This document shows positions 37,301 to 48,956 of a stretch of 50,404 nt of DNA, one piece after another. The DNA comes from Octopus sinensis (lineage: Eukaryota): positions 1 through 50,404 of the forward strand of contig NW_021834297.1 in NCBI RefSeq assembly GCF_006345805.1, in the 5' to 3' direction. The position numbers and the translations under genes are program-made. Position 1 is the stretch's first letter. The number at the start of each line of letters is the position of its first letter. A model generated the notes under the pieces. The model was not told the DNA's origin. It did no database searches and saw only the letters and a program-made list of their open reading frames with translations.

Positions 37301-38229
37301 CTGACGGATCCTCAATCAAACACGACACCTCAGACGATATGATACCAGAAACACAATTCTCCTGAAAAACCCTGCCTTTCACCATTATTTCACCTATTTC
37401 CACCTTCAGTGTTTTTCTATATACATAAAAACATTTTCTTTCACATATTTCTTCCATATATTTTATATTTTCTAATTTTCTTACAAATCTTCTAAAAAAG
37501 ATTTTCTGTGATATATTTTGTATTTTTAAATAAATTTCTGGAAATCCTTTCAAGGAATATACTGTCTTGTCGTTTATCTTTTATCTTTCATATTTCTTCA
37601 CTTTTTTATTAATTACGTATTTATAACCATATTAGATTCTCGATGGAAATTGCTGTATGTATAAATGTATTCATTCATAAACATATCAGTATTATAAGTC
37701 TCTGTGTGTTTCTGTGAATGAATAGGTCAAGGAGAAACACCACTATAATTTTCGAGTCCATTAATTTGGTCCATGTATGTTTAGGCAGGTGATAATAAAA
37801 TAGTAAGTGCCTTCCAGGATCTCAATATCATCACTCAGCTTGGTGTTAGTCCGTTTATCCACCTGCAATATATATGGGAAGTTTTGTACTAAGTTTTGTA
37901 CAGACAAAAATTTTGTACTAAGTTTTGTACAGACAAAAATACACTGTAGTTATTGTGGAGAAAATGTATTCTGTGTTGATAAATATACATACATGCACAA
38001 ATGTGTATATGTGTTTGTAATGAGACTCATAGAAAACGAAGATCTTCATTATTAAATTAAACAGTTGAGTCAGGATATAACAATGAACATCCCTTGCCAA
38101 GGTGCCCTCCTTTAATTATAATGCCAGCAGTAAGTAGTGCCATCCTAGATTTTACATAAAGAAATTCTGGTTGTTGAAAAGCCTTTTAAACTTCGCGAAT
38201 ATTACACTGAAAAACGCAGAAGCGGTCTC

Positions 38230-38235
38230 GGTCAC

Positions 38236-38266
<31 letters not shown>

Positions 38267-39570
38267 TTCTCACTCTCAATTCCGCTCTCACTTTCCTTCT
38301 CTCTCTTCCTCTTTCTGTGTTTCTATCTTCCTTTCTCTTTCTTTCTATTTCAATTTCTTTCTCTCTCTTTCATCCTCTTTCTTTCTATCTTACTCTTTCT
38401 CTCACTATCGTTCTCTCTCTTTCTATCTATCTCTTTCTCTCTCTTTCTCTAGTTCTCTCTCTATCTCTCAATCTCTCTGTCTCTGTCTCACTCTCATTCT
38501 CTTTCACTCTCACTTTCTCTACCTCTCACTCTCCCTCTTTCTTTCTCGCCCGCTCATTCACTCTGTTTCTCTTTCCCTTTCACTCTTTCTATCTTTCTCT
38601 CTCTTCCTCTCTCCTTCTCTTATTTGTTCTCAACATCTCCCTTTCTCTATTTCTTTCTCTCTTCCTCAATCTCTCTTTCTCTCTCTCACTTTCCCTCTTT
38701 TTCTCTCTTCCCCTTTCACTCTCTTTCTCTTTCTCTCTCTTCCTTTCCCTCTCTTTCTCTTTCTCTCTCTCCCTTTCCCTCTCCTTCTCTCTCTCTCCCT
38801 TTCCCTCTCTTTCTCTATCTTTTATGCTTTCTCTTTCACTCTCTTTATCCCTCTTTCCAGTTGTTCCTCTCACACTTTCTCTCCATCTTTCTATTTCTTT
38901 ATCTCTTTCCCGCTCTTTCGTTCTCTTTCTCTCTCTATTTCTCTCACACTCCTTTTTTCTCACTTTCTCCCTTTCTCTTCATCTTTCTTTCTATTTCTTT
39001 CTCTCTTCCTCGCTCTTTCGTTCTCTTTCTCTCACTTTCCCTCTCTTTCTTTCTCTCTCTCTTCTTTTCACTCTTTCCCTCTCTTTTCCTTTCTCTCCTT
39101 CTCTGTCTCTTTCTCTTCTGTTTTCTCTCTTCTCGATCTTTCTATATCTGTCTCTCTTTACTCTCTCTCTTTCTCTCTTTCCCTTTCTTTCTCTCAATGT
39201 CTCTTTCTCTCTCACTCTCTTTATCCCTCTTTCCAGTTGTTCCTCTCACATTTTCTCTCCATCTTTCTATTTCTTTCTCTCTTTCTCTCTCTCTTTCTCT
39301 CACTTTTACTTTCTCTCTCACACTCCTTTTTTTCTCTTTCTCCCTTTCTCTTTCCCTCTCCCTCTGTCTTTCTCTCTCTTTCTTTCGCTCTCACTTTCTC
39401 TCTCTCTCTTCCTCTCACTCTTTCCCTCTCTTTTTCTTTCTCTCCTTCTCTCTCTCTTCCTCTCCTGTTTTCTCTCTCCTCTATCTTTCTATATCTGTCT
39501 CTCTTTACTCTCCCTCTTTCTCTCACAGTCTTCCTCTATCCCTTTCTGCCTTCATTTGTACCCCTCCACA
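38230..39570. repeat. CT-rich polypyrimidine tract 1
   Basis: Cryptic (CT)n with internal duplications; source of the L/S/F-rich track ORFs. Confidence 0.95.
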
Positions 39571-39735
39571 CACACACACTGAAATGCATCGAAATCAGTG
39601 TGATATAAAGTATTAAAGGAAACACAATCAGTTGTGGCTACGGAGAGACACTCCAAGGCGATGCTGCAGCAAGGGCGCCCTCCATTGTCTGAAAGTAAAA
39701 GAACAAGAACATAATATTGTGTGTGTATCTATGTT

Positions 39736-39769
<34 letters not shown>

Positions 39770-39819
39770 AATATATATATATACACAGAGACAGACACAC
39801 AAATACATCGGCAATCCAT

Positions 39820-39880
39820 ATAAGTCACCTTCATTCCCATCTGGTATCGAGTCGCTTAGATGGGATTCAAGGTGAGTTAT
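39820..39880 (+). ncRNA. Pre-miRNA-like hairpin, copy 3
   Basis: ATAAGTCACCTTCATTCCCATC / 17 nt / GATGGGATTCAAGGTGAGTTAT; 19 of 22 pair. Confidence 0.55.
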
Positions 39881-40024
39881 CTCACCTGTCCCTTACTAGA
39901 TCCTGTTAAACCAGATTCAAAACAGTAAATAATTCTGACTCTATCACACACGTTAGGAATCTCTGGATACTGAAAACCAGGACACTTATAGACTTAGCGA
40001 ATCTTAAACTGAAAACCGTACAAT

Positions 40025-40735
40025 CTCTCCCCACGCCTCTCTCTCTCTGTCTTTCTTTTTCACGCACTCGCTTTCTCTATCTCTCACTTTTTCTCATTTA
40101 TCCACTTTCTATTTCACTCCCTATCTCTCTTTCTCCCAATCTCTTTCACTCCTTTTCTCTCTCTCTCGTTTTCTTTCTCTCTCTTTTTCTCACTCTCTCT
40201 TTCTCTTTCTCCTTTCTCTGTCTCTTTCTTTCCCTCTTTCTGTTTATCTCTCTCATTTTATCGCTCCCTCTTCTCTCTCTCTCCTTCTATATCTCTTTTG
40301 TTCTCTCACTCACTTTCTCTTTCTCTTTCTTTCTTACTTTCTTTTTTTCTTTCTTTTTCTTTATCCTTCTCTTTCTCTCTTTCTATCTCTCTTCCTCTCT
40401 CTCACTCCTTCTCTCTTACATTCTCTCTCTCTCTTTCTCTCTCACTCTCTTTCTCTCTCGTTCTCTTTTTCTTTATTTCCCTTTCTCTCTTTCTATCTCT
40501 CTTCCTCTCTCTCACTCCTTCTCTCTTACTTTCTCTCTCTCCTTCTCTCTCACTCTCTTTCTCTCTCTTTCTTTCTCTCTTTCTTTTTCTTTCTTACTTT
40601 CTCTCTCATTTTCACTTTCTCACTCTTTCACTCTCTCTTACTTTCTCTCTCTTTCTCTCTCACTCTCTTTCTTTCTCACTCTCTTTCTCTTTTTCTTTCT
40701 TTCTTTCTATCTTTCTCTCTCTTTCTCTCTTTCTG
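40025..40735. repeat. CT-rich tract 2
   Basis: Directly visible. Confidence 0.95.
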
Positions 40736-40794
40736 TGTGTGTGTGTGTTTGTGTGTGTGCGCGTGTGTGTATTAATATATGCACACATACACTA

Positions 40795-41015
40795 AGCGGC
40801 GAGCTGGCAGAAACGTTAGAACACCGGGCTAAATGCTTAGCGGTATTTCATCTGCCGTTACGGTCTGAGTTCAAATGCCGCCAGTTCGACTTTGCCTTTC
40901 ATCCTTTCGAGGTCGATAAATAAAGTGCCAGTTTCGCACTGGGGTCGATGTATTCGACTTTATACCTTTGTCTATCCTTGTTTGTCCCCTCTATGTTTAG
41001 CCCCCTGTGAGTAAT
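40795..41015 (+). mobile_element. Family-2 SINE (MetaSINE-like)
   Basis: Matches 17975-18190. Confidence 0.85.
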
Positions 41016-41230
41016 AAAAAATATATATATACACATACACACACATAGGCAAAGACACATGCACACCCGCACACACACACACATACACATAGTACATAAT
41101 TATTACCAGACCCATAAACTTAACGCATATGCAGCGTATATTTCTCTGTAAGTCCCATCACATTCTTTGTAGAGATATAGACATTTAAAGCACCTGGTTT
41201 AAAACCACATTGGAGCCATCGGCAATCCAT

Positions 41231-41291
41231 ATAACTCACGTTCAATCCCATGAAAGCGACTCAAGACCAAATGGGTTTCAACGTGAGTTAT
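41231..41291 (+). ncRNA. Pre-miRNA-like hairpin, copy 4
   Basis: ATAACTCACGTTCAATCCCATG / 17 nt / AATGGGTTTCAACGTGAGTTAT; 19 of 22 pair; pair 10 is G-C where other copies have C-G. Confidence 0.55.
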
Positions 41292-41429
41292 CCCGCCTGT
41301 CAGTTATAATATCCTATTAACAGCAGTGACGAAGCATAACTTTCACATTAAGAATCACGCGTTAAGAATTACTGGATGTTGAAAGCCAGGACACTTTTAG
41401 ACTTAGCGAATCTTACACTGAAAAACGCG

Positions 41430-41443
41430 CAATCTCTCCCTCA

Positions 41444-41506
<63 letters not shown>

Positions 41507-43000
41507 ACTCTCACTCTCCCTGTCATACTTTCTCTGTTTCCCTTTCTCTCTATCTTTCTGACTCTCTCTATCTCTCTCTTTTTCTCTATCCCTCTGTTCC
41601 TCTTTCTCCCTTTTTCTTTTTCTTCCCGTATCTCTCTCTCCCCATCTTTCTGTCTATTTTTGTCCCTTTCTCTCTCTCTCTCCTATGTCTCTTTCAATTT
41701 CTCACTTTCTCTCTCCCTTTGTCCTTCTTTCTCCCTTTTTCTTCCTCTTCCCGTATCTCTCTCCCTCTCTTTCTCTCTCTCTCTTCCTTTGTCTCTTTCT
41801 CTCTCTCTTTCTATTTCTCTTCCGCTTTCTCACTTTCTCTCTCTTTTACCCTCACGCATTCTCGCTCTGTCTTTCTGTCTTACTCCCTCTTCGTTTCTCT
41901 CAATGTCTCTCTTTCTCTATTTTTCTTTCTCACTCTCCCTTTCTCTGTTTCTCTCTCTCTTTCTCTTTGTCTGTATTTTTCTTTCCTTCTCTCTCTCTCT
42001 CACTCTCCATGTCACACTTTCTCTGTTTCTCTTAATCACTTTCTATCTATCTTTCTCTCTCTCTCTCTCTTTCTATTTCTCTTTCATTTTCTCACTTTCT
42101 CTGTTTCGCTCTCACTTTTTCCCTCTGTCCTTCTGTATTACTCCCTCTCTTTTTCTCTCAATGTCTCTCTTTCTCTATTTCTCTTTCTGTCTCTCCCTTT
42201 CGCACTCTCTCTCTCTTTCTCTTTCTCTGTATGTCTATCTTTCCTTCTCACTCTCCCTGTCTTTTGTTTTTCTTTCTTTTTCTCTCTCATTTTCCCTTTC
42301 TCACCCTTTCTCTCTCTCTTTCCCTCTATCTCTCTGTCTCTCTCTATCTCTCTTTTTCCCTTTCTCTTCCTCTTCCCTATCTCTCTCTCCCTCTTTTTCT
42401 TTCACTTCCTCCCTTTCTCTTTCTCTTCATTTCTCTCTCTTTTTCGCTCTTTCTATTTCTCTTTCGCTTTCTCACTTTCTCTCTCTTTTTCTCTCTCACT
42501 TTCTGGCTCTGTCTTTCTGTCTTGCTCCCTGTCTTTTTCTCTCAATGTCTCTCTTTCTCTACTTCTCTTTATCTCTCTCCCTTTCTGTGTTTCTCTCTAT
42601 GTCTCTCTTTCCTCTCTGTGTTTCTCTCTCTCTCCCTGTCACACTTTCTCTGTTTCTCTTAGTTCCTCTCTATCTCTCTCTTTTTCTCTCTCCCTTTGTC
42701 CCTCTTTGTCCCTTTTTCTTCCTCTTCCGGTATCTCTCTCCCTCTCTTTCTTTCACTTCCTTTCTTTCTCTCCCTCTACCTTTCTCTCTTTCTCTCTCTT
42801 TTGTCTCATTCTCTCTCTCTTTCTATTTCTCTTTCGCTTTCTCACTTTCTCTTTTTCGCTCTCTCTTTCTCGCGTTGTCTCTCTTTCTCTATTTCTCTTT
42901 CTGTCTCTCCCTTTCGCACTCTCTCTCCCTTTCTGTGTTTCTCTCTCTATTTCTCTTTCTCCGTATGTCTCTCTTTCCTTCTCTGTGTTTCTCTCTCTGA
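41430..43000. repeat. CT-rich tract 3 with internal higher-order repeats
   Basis: ctcaatgtctctctttctcta recurs at about 41900, 42155 and 42540. Confidence 0.95.
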
Positions 43001-43139
43001 CGTGTAAAATATATATAACCATGTATATTTCTCTGTGAGTGTATGTGTATGTGTGTGCGTGTGTGTGAATGCGTTTTTCTGTGCTCTCGCGGGCATATAT
43101 TTGTGTGTTTGCGAGGTGTGTGTGTGTGTGTGTGTGCGC

Positions 43140-43320
43140 GCTTGTGTCTTCTGCCCTATCAAGTCATGAATACCGGTGCTGGTTGGTTTACATCACTGAC
43201 AGCTAGCGGTTTGTCAAAATGATAGCAATAGATTAATTACTAGTTTTCATTTATAAATAAGTCCCGGAGTCGAGGGTGGGTGCTGTAGCATGGCCGCCGT
43301 TGAACGACTGAAGGTAAAAG
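43140..43320 (+). mobile_element. Family-1 SINE 3' relic
   Basis: Degenerate tail (aataagtcccgg..gtagcatggccgcc). Confidence 0.6.
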
Positions 43321-43379
43321 AACGAGAACATATTATTTATTATCCATGTATGTATGTTTATGTATGTGTGTCAGTGTGT

Positions 43380-43629
43380 GCATTGATATATAAACACATG
43401 CACACGCACACATGAAAACACAAACACACACTCACACACACACACACACAAACACACACACAAACACACACACACACACACATACACACACACGCACACA
43501 CACACACACACACAAACACACACACGCACAAACACACACACACACAGACACACACACACATACACACACACACACTCAAACACACACACACACAGACACA
43601 CACACACACACATACACACGCACACACAG

Positions 43630-43662
<33 letters not shown>

Positions 43663-43775
43663 CACACACACGCACTCAAACACACACACACACACATACA
43701 CACACACACACACTCAAACACACACACACACACACACATACACACACACACACACATACACACACACACACTCAA
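43380..43775. repeat. Long imperfect (CA)n tract
   Basis: Directly visible. Confidence 0.95.
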
Positions 43776-43916
43776 ACACTGATGCCAAACAGTTTTTACC
43801 AGACACATAAACGTAACGCTTATGGAACGTGTATTTCTCTGTAATCCTCATCACAATTTTTCTTGAGATGTAATCATTCAAAGCACCCGGTTTAACACAA
43901 GTCATTTGCAAACCAG

Positions 43917-43977
43917 GTAACTCTACTTCAATCCCATCAAAGAGACCCTATACCAGACGGGATTCAACGTGAGTTGT
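43917..43977 (+). ncRNA. Pre-miRNA-like hairpin, copy 5
   Basis: GTAACTCTACTTCAATCCCATC / 17 nt / GACGGGATTCAACGTGAGTTGT; 17 of 22 pair, including 2 G.U. Confidence 0.45.
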
Positions 43978-44039
43978 CCCGCCTGTCCTGTGCAATACCC
44001 TTTTTAAGACCAGTAACAAAATATTAAATGTTTCTCACT

Positions 44040-45520
44040 CTATCACACACGTTTCTCTATTTCTCTCTCTCGAACTCTCTTTCCCTCTGTTTCTTTATGT
44101 TTCCGTCCCTCTCTTTGTCTCTCTAACTTTCTCTCTTTCTCTCTTTCACAATCGCTCTCACTTTCTGTCTTTCTCTTTCTTTTTCTCTCGCTTTCTCCCT
44201 CAATCTCTCTCTCTCTTTCTTTATCTCTCTATATCTCCTTCCCTCTTTCTCCCTCTCTCTCTTTCTCCCTCTCGCTTTCTCTCTGTCTTTATCCCTCTGT
44301 CTTTCTCACTCTTTCTTTCTCTCTCTCTTTCTGGCTGTCTTCATTTGTCGCTCTCTATTTCTCTCTGTCTCTTACTCTCTCGCGTTCTTCTTTCACTCTC
44401 TCTCTTTCTCACTTTCTCTCACACTTATTCTTTTCTCTCTCTCGCTTTCTCTCTCTCTCTCTCATTTCTCCTTTTTCACTCTTTCTCTCTCTCTTTCTCT
44501 TTCCCTCTCTCTTTCTCTAAGTCTTTCTCTCTCTTTCTCTCTCTCTTTCTCTTTCCCTCTCTATTTTTTCAGTCTTTCTCTCTCTTTCTCTCTCCTACGT
44601 TCTCTCTCTCCTTCCCTCCTACTTTTTTCTCTCCTTCTCTCCTTCTGTCTCTGTTTTTCTTCCTCTCTTTCTCTCTCCCATTTCCTCTCTCTCCTTCTCT
44701 CCTTCTGTCACTGTTTTTATTTCTTTCCCTCTCTATTTCTACCAGTCTTTCTCTATCTTTCTCTCTCTCCTCCTCTCCTTCCTTCTATCGCCTTCTGTCT
44801 CTGTTTTTCTTTCTTTCTCTCTCTGTCTCTCTCTCCTTCTCTTTCCCTCTCTTAATTTCAGTCTTTCTCTCTCTTTCTATCTCCCATTTTCTCTCTCTCC
44901 TTCTCTCCTTCCTTTTGTCTCTGTTTTCTTTCTTTTTCTCTCTCTCTCTCTTTCTCCCTCATTTTCCCTTTCTCACCATTTCTCTCTCTTTTTCCCTCTC
45001 TCTTTCTTTCAGTCTGTCTCTCTCTTTCTGTCTCCCACTTTCTCTCTCTCCTTTTTTTCTATCTCCTTCTGTCTTTGTTTTTCTTTCTTTTTCTCTCTCA
45101 TTTTCTCTTTCTCACCATTTCTCTCTCTTTGTCTCTCTTTTTCTCTCTCTCCGTCTCTCCTTCTTTCTCTCTCCTTCTCTCCTTCCTTCGCTCTCCTTCT
45201 GTCTCTGGTTTTCTTTCTTTCTCTCTCTCTCTCTCTTTCTCTCTCATTTTCCCTTTCTCACCCTTTCTCTCTCTCTTTCCCTCTCTCTTTCTTCCAGTCT
45301 TTCTCTCTCTTTCTATCTCCCACTTTCTCTCACTCCTTCTCTCCTTCTCTCCTTCCTTCTTTCTCCTTCTCTCTGTGTTTCTCTTTCTTTCTCTTTCTCT
45401 CTCTTTTTCTCACTCTCTCTCTCACCCTCTCTCTCTTTCTCTTTCCCCTTTTCTCTCTCTCCTTCACTCTCCTTCTTTCTACCTTCATCTGCCCTACTCT
45501 ATCTCCCCTCACCTACATAA
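44040..45520. repeat. CT-rich tract 4
   Basis: Directly visible. Confidence 0.95.
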
Positions 45521-45579
45521 TATTCACACACACACTTACTTAATAGTCAGTGTAGTATAAACTATAAATGAATTTATTA

Positions 45580-45722
45580 AGTCGTGGCTGTGGCGTAAGA
45601 TGGTTGCTTTCTAACCATATTGGTCCCAGTGCAGTCCTAGCGCGTGTTAATCGTCCACTAAAGCCCTCATCAGAGGCTGGTGGCAAGATTTGGTAGACAG
45701 AAACTGAAAGAAGGCTGTTCTA
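45580..45722 (+). mobile_element. Family-1 SINE 5' half, diverged
   Basis: gtggctgtggcgtaag...gatttggtagacagaaactgaaagaagg. Confidence 0.7.
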
Positions 45723-45737
45723 TGAATGTATATATAT

Positions 45738-46030
45738 GATGGCTGCCCCCTCGTTATCGATTATAGCCATTACACGAAGCTTAACTGTTGTTGGTGCTGT
45801 GATCGAATGTGACTTTTTAGTCCAGCTAAAGATCTACAATGTCTTGTACAGAATTGGCAGCTAAAACCTTTAGCGATAATTGCCGGCTGTAGTTGTAACT
45901 GGGCTTCATGTACATTTGCATGTCGTTTAAGTCCTCCTGCCGAATTACACTCTCTTCCACATGCCTGACAGATATGATTAGTATGGTGTGTTACACCACC
46001 ACCAGTGGCCAGGTTGTCACTCTCTCGCGT
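45738..46030 (-). mobile_element. 5'-truncated RTE-type LINE 3' end (two C-terminal C2H2 fingers and a short 3' UTR)
   Basis: CQACGRECNSAGGLKRHANVH and CQFCTRHCRSLAGLKSHIRSQH, then a stop and a ~30-nt UTR. This C-terminus is typical of RTE ORFs; the element is embedded in (AT)n. Confidence 0.7.
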
Positions 46031-46245
46031 TATGACTACTATATACTTTGTATACTTATATATATATATATAATATATATATATTATATATCTATATATT
46101 ATTATATATATATATATTATACATATATACATATACATATATACATATATACATAGACATTTGTGAGGAATGCATATAGTGCTATGAAGCATCTCTACAA
46201 CATAGATATATGCATGCATGCTTACATATACGTACATATTATATA

Positions 46246-46298
<53 letters not shown>

Positions 46299-46639
46299 AT
46301 ATATATTATACACACGATACATATACATACATAAATAGAATAAATAAATAAATATATAAATATATAAATTATATATAATATATATATATATTATATATAT
46401 ATATATAATATATAATATATATATATATATATATATCGAGAGGGAGATAGTGTGTGTGGTGAGAGAGAGAAAGAGAGAGTTAGCAGTTGTAGTAACCGAC
46501 AAGGGATAAAATATCCGTATGTACTCTCAGTATCCGTTACCTATGTTATCCCCGGGTAATGATGTGCAGGGACACCATACACGTCGGGCGCAAGTAACAA
46601 TAGGTTAAACAGACGTTTATCAGGAACCAATACAAGTAC

Positions 46640-46837
46640 CTACAATGGGTGAAGCACAGAGAGGACTGACAAATGGATTAAGCCGATTATACCGACACCA
46701 GTGCGTAACTGGTACTTAATTTATCGACCCCGAAAGGATGAAAGGCAAAGTCGAACTCGGCGGAATTTGAACTCACAACGTAAAGACAGACGAAATACCG
46801 GTAAGCATTTCGCCCGGCGTGCCAACGCTTCTGCCAG
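46640..46837 (-). mobile_element. Family-2 SINE
   Basis: Reverse complement of 17975-18190. Confidence 0.85.
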
Positions 46838-46864
46838 AATAATAATAATAATAATAATTATATA

Positions 46865-46896
<32 letters not shown>

Positions 46897-47300
46897 GATA
46901 ATGATAATAATAATAATAATAAGGATTCTTATTATTAATCCTGAGAGGGATTCTTTGGGGTTTGAATAATTCACCTCTGGAAACATGGGTGTTTCGTTCA
47001 ACATCCTTAAACAACCCTTACTCAGGGACCTTTTGAGCAGGATGGGTTACTCGACCAGAAGAAAATTCTAACTGGGCCCCACCTACAAGGTCATGTGCTG
47101 TTTATCTTGATATGAGATCACCACGTAGCGCACATATGGTTGTGATGCATGTGCCTGGTGTACCCTTATCAGACGGGTAGTCATGATGGGTATACTGGGC
47201 TTCTTATATTTTACCCCAGTGTCACTTTGATGGCATGCAAATAATAATAATAATAATAATAATAATGATAATAATAATAATGATGATAATAATGATAATA
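46838..47300. repeat. (AAT)n tracts flanking a ~300-bp non-simple segment, probably the (AAT)n-tailed 3' end of a retroelement
   Basis: The segment ending ccccagtgtcactttgatggcatgc runs directly into (AAT)n; family not identified. Confidence 0.45.
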
Positions 47301-47549
47301 AGCATCCCTGCAATAGAACAGTCAGCCATCCAGGGAGCGAAGCAACCAAGCAACCAGGATAACAACCTCCTTACGTCCCATTTACCGTATTTCATATCAA
47401 TTTACTAAATTGTATCTGATAAGTTCACTTGATCACTCGCTAATTACTTTCTACTATCTTAAAAAGCTATCAGTCTGCCTGTCAGCCTGTCTGGCTGGTT
47501 GTCTTCCTGTCTGTCTAGCTGTCTACCTATCTCTCTATTTATCTACCTA

Positions 47550-47555
47550 CCTATG

Positions 47556-47637
<82 letters not shown>

Positions 47638-47782
47638 GTGTGTGTGTATGTATTTGGATATGTGAATTTATGTAGCGATTAAGTAATTTATGTATATATA
47701 TATATATAAATTACTTAATCGCTACATATATTCACATATCCAAATACATACACACATATATATACACACGCTCATTAGATAT

Positions 47783-47820
<38 letters not shown>
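47550..47820. repeat. (AT)n/(GT)n microsatellites; similar tracts at 46040-46435, 48190-48240 and 48780-48975
   Basis: Directly visible. Confidence 0.9.
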
Positions 47821-48203
47821 TAATTTTAGATTATCTTTATATATTGTTCACGCGGTCAAATTCACGCCCGTTGACCGCTACCTCCACCACCATCAACTTC
47901 TGTATCGCAAATAATATCGGAGAGTTAATAAATACATTTATGATAATGGTCAATGGTTAGAATAATGTTTATTGGGCCATGTTAATTGATATTGGTTGCA
48001 ATCAATCAAGTGTAGAAAATCACGTACGCATAGTAAAGCTATGCAGTGCAAATCTATAGTCACTAACACATCTGCTAATTCCTGCAACCACACAGCTTCC
48101 TGGAATTTTTAAAACATTACAAATATAAACAAATGTATATGTACCCGATATTCGTACATGTATATGTTGATGAAAATTCATACGTATTTATATGTGTGTG
48201 TGT

Positions 48204-48240
<37 letters not shown>

Positions 48241-48867
48241 CGCTCGTGTTTGTATCTCATGCTGTAGTAGAAGACACTTGTCCAAGATAACACGCAGTGG
48301 GACTGAACACGGAACCACATCGAGAAGATGGAGTACAGTTGGACAGTTACTTTTTAAGCTCTACTATTGTTGCCAGACAACGGACATCTCCAAAAATACA
48401 GGTTTTTAATTTGCACAATGAGATCTAGTTGTGTTTCTTGAGGTAACGTTTTAGGGTTGCCTCCGTTAGTTTAAATTCTTTGACATAAGGCCTGCCTTGG
48501 GGAAACAACTGCTAGATCACATCATTCAAACACAGAGTTGCATAATCAAATACCTGTATTCTTTTGTGAACTACCTACTATAGAAACAATTGTAATGATT
48601 AAAAAATGTCCAATATTAGCCTTCTTTATGACTCCAATTTCTTTGATTTTCTATTTACACACGACGAATGCCCAAAAGTAAATAATTTGGAAGTATAACA
48701 TAATGCTACCGGACATTATCGGGTATATCTGAGGGTGGAGGAGCTTAACGCGGTACTATGCCGCTTTCCGAACGCAATATACCATATATACATATATATA
48801 CACAGCACCACCACATATAATATATATTGGTGTGTGTGTGTATGTTTTCATATATATATATATATAG

Positions 48868-48956
<89 letters not shown>

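Noticed and set aside
39590-39615. TGTGATATAAA shared between the post-CT motif and the CDINY coding segment
   Set aside because: An 11-bp AT-rich match with no flanking homology; probably chance.
39826-43975. Hairpin modules as duplicated coding exons ending in GTGAGT donors (open 18-codon frame ..DGIQ in all five copies)
   Set aside because: Downgraded, not excluded. There is no consistent acceptor, upstream frames have stops, and most changes are non-synonymous. GTGAGTTAT is explained as the complement of ATAACTCAC in the stem, and the donor is lost in both left-hand copies.
38171-45560. Long ORFs (up to 446 aa) rich in L/S/F or R/E/K
   Set aside because: They are translations of CT/GA tracts, which lack stop codons by composition; they overlap in several frames and have no domain.
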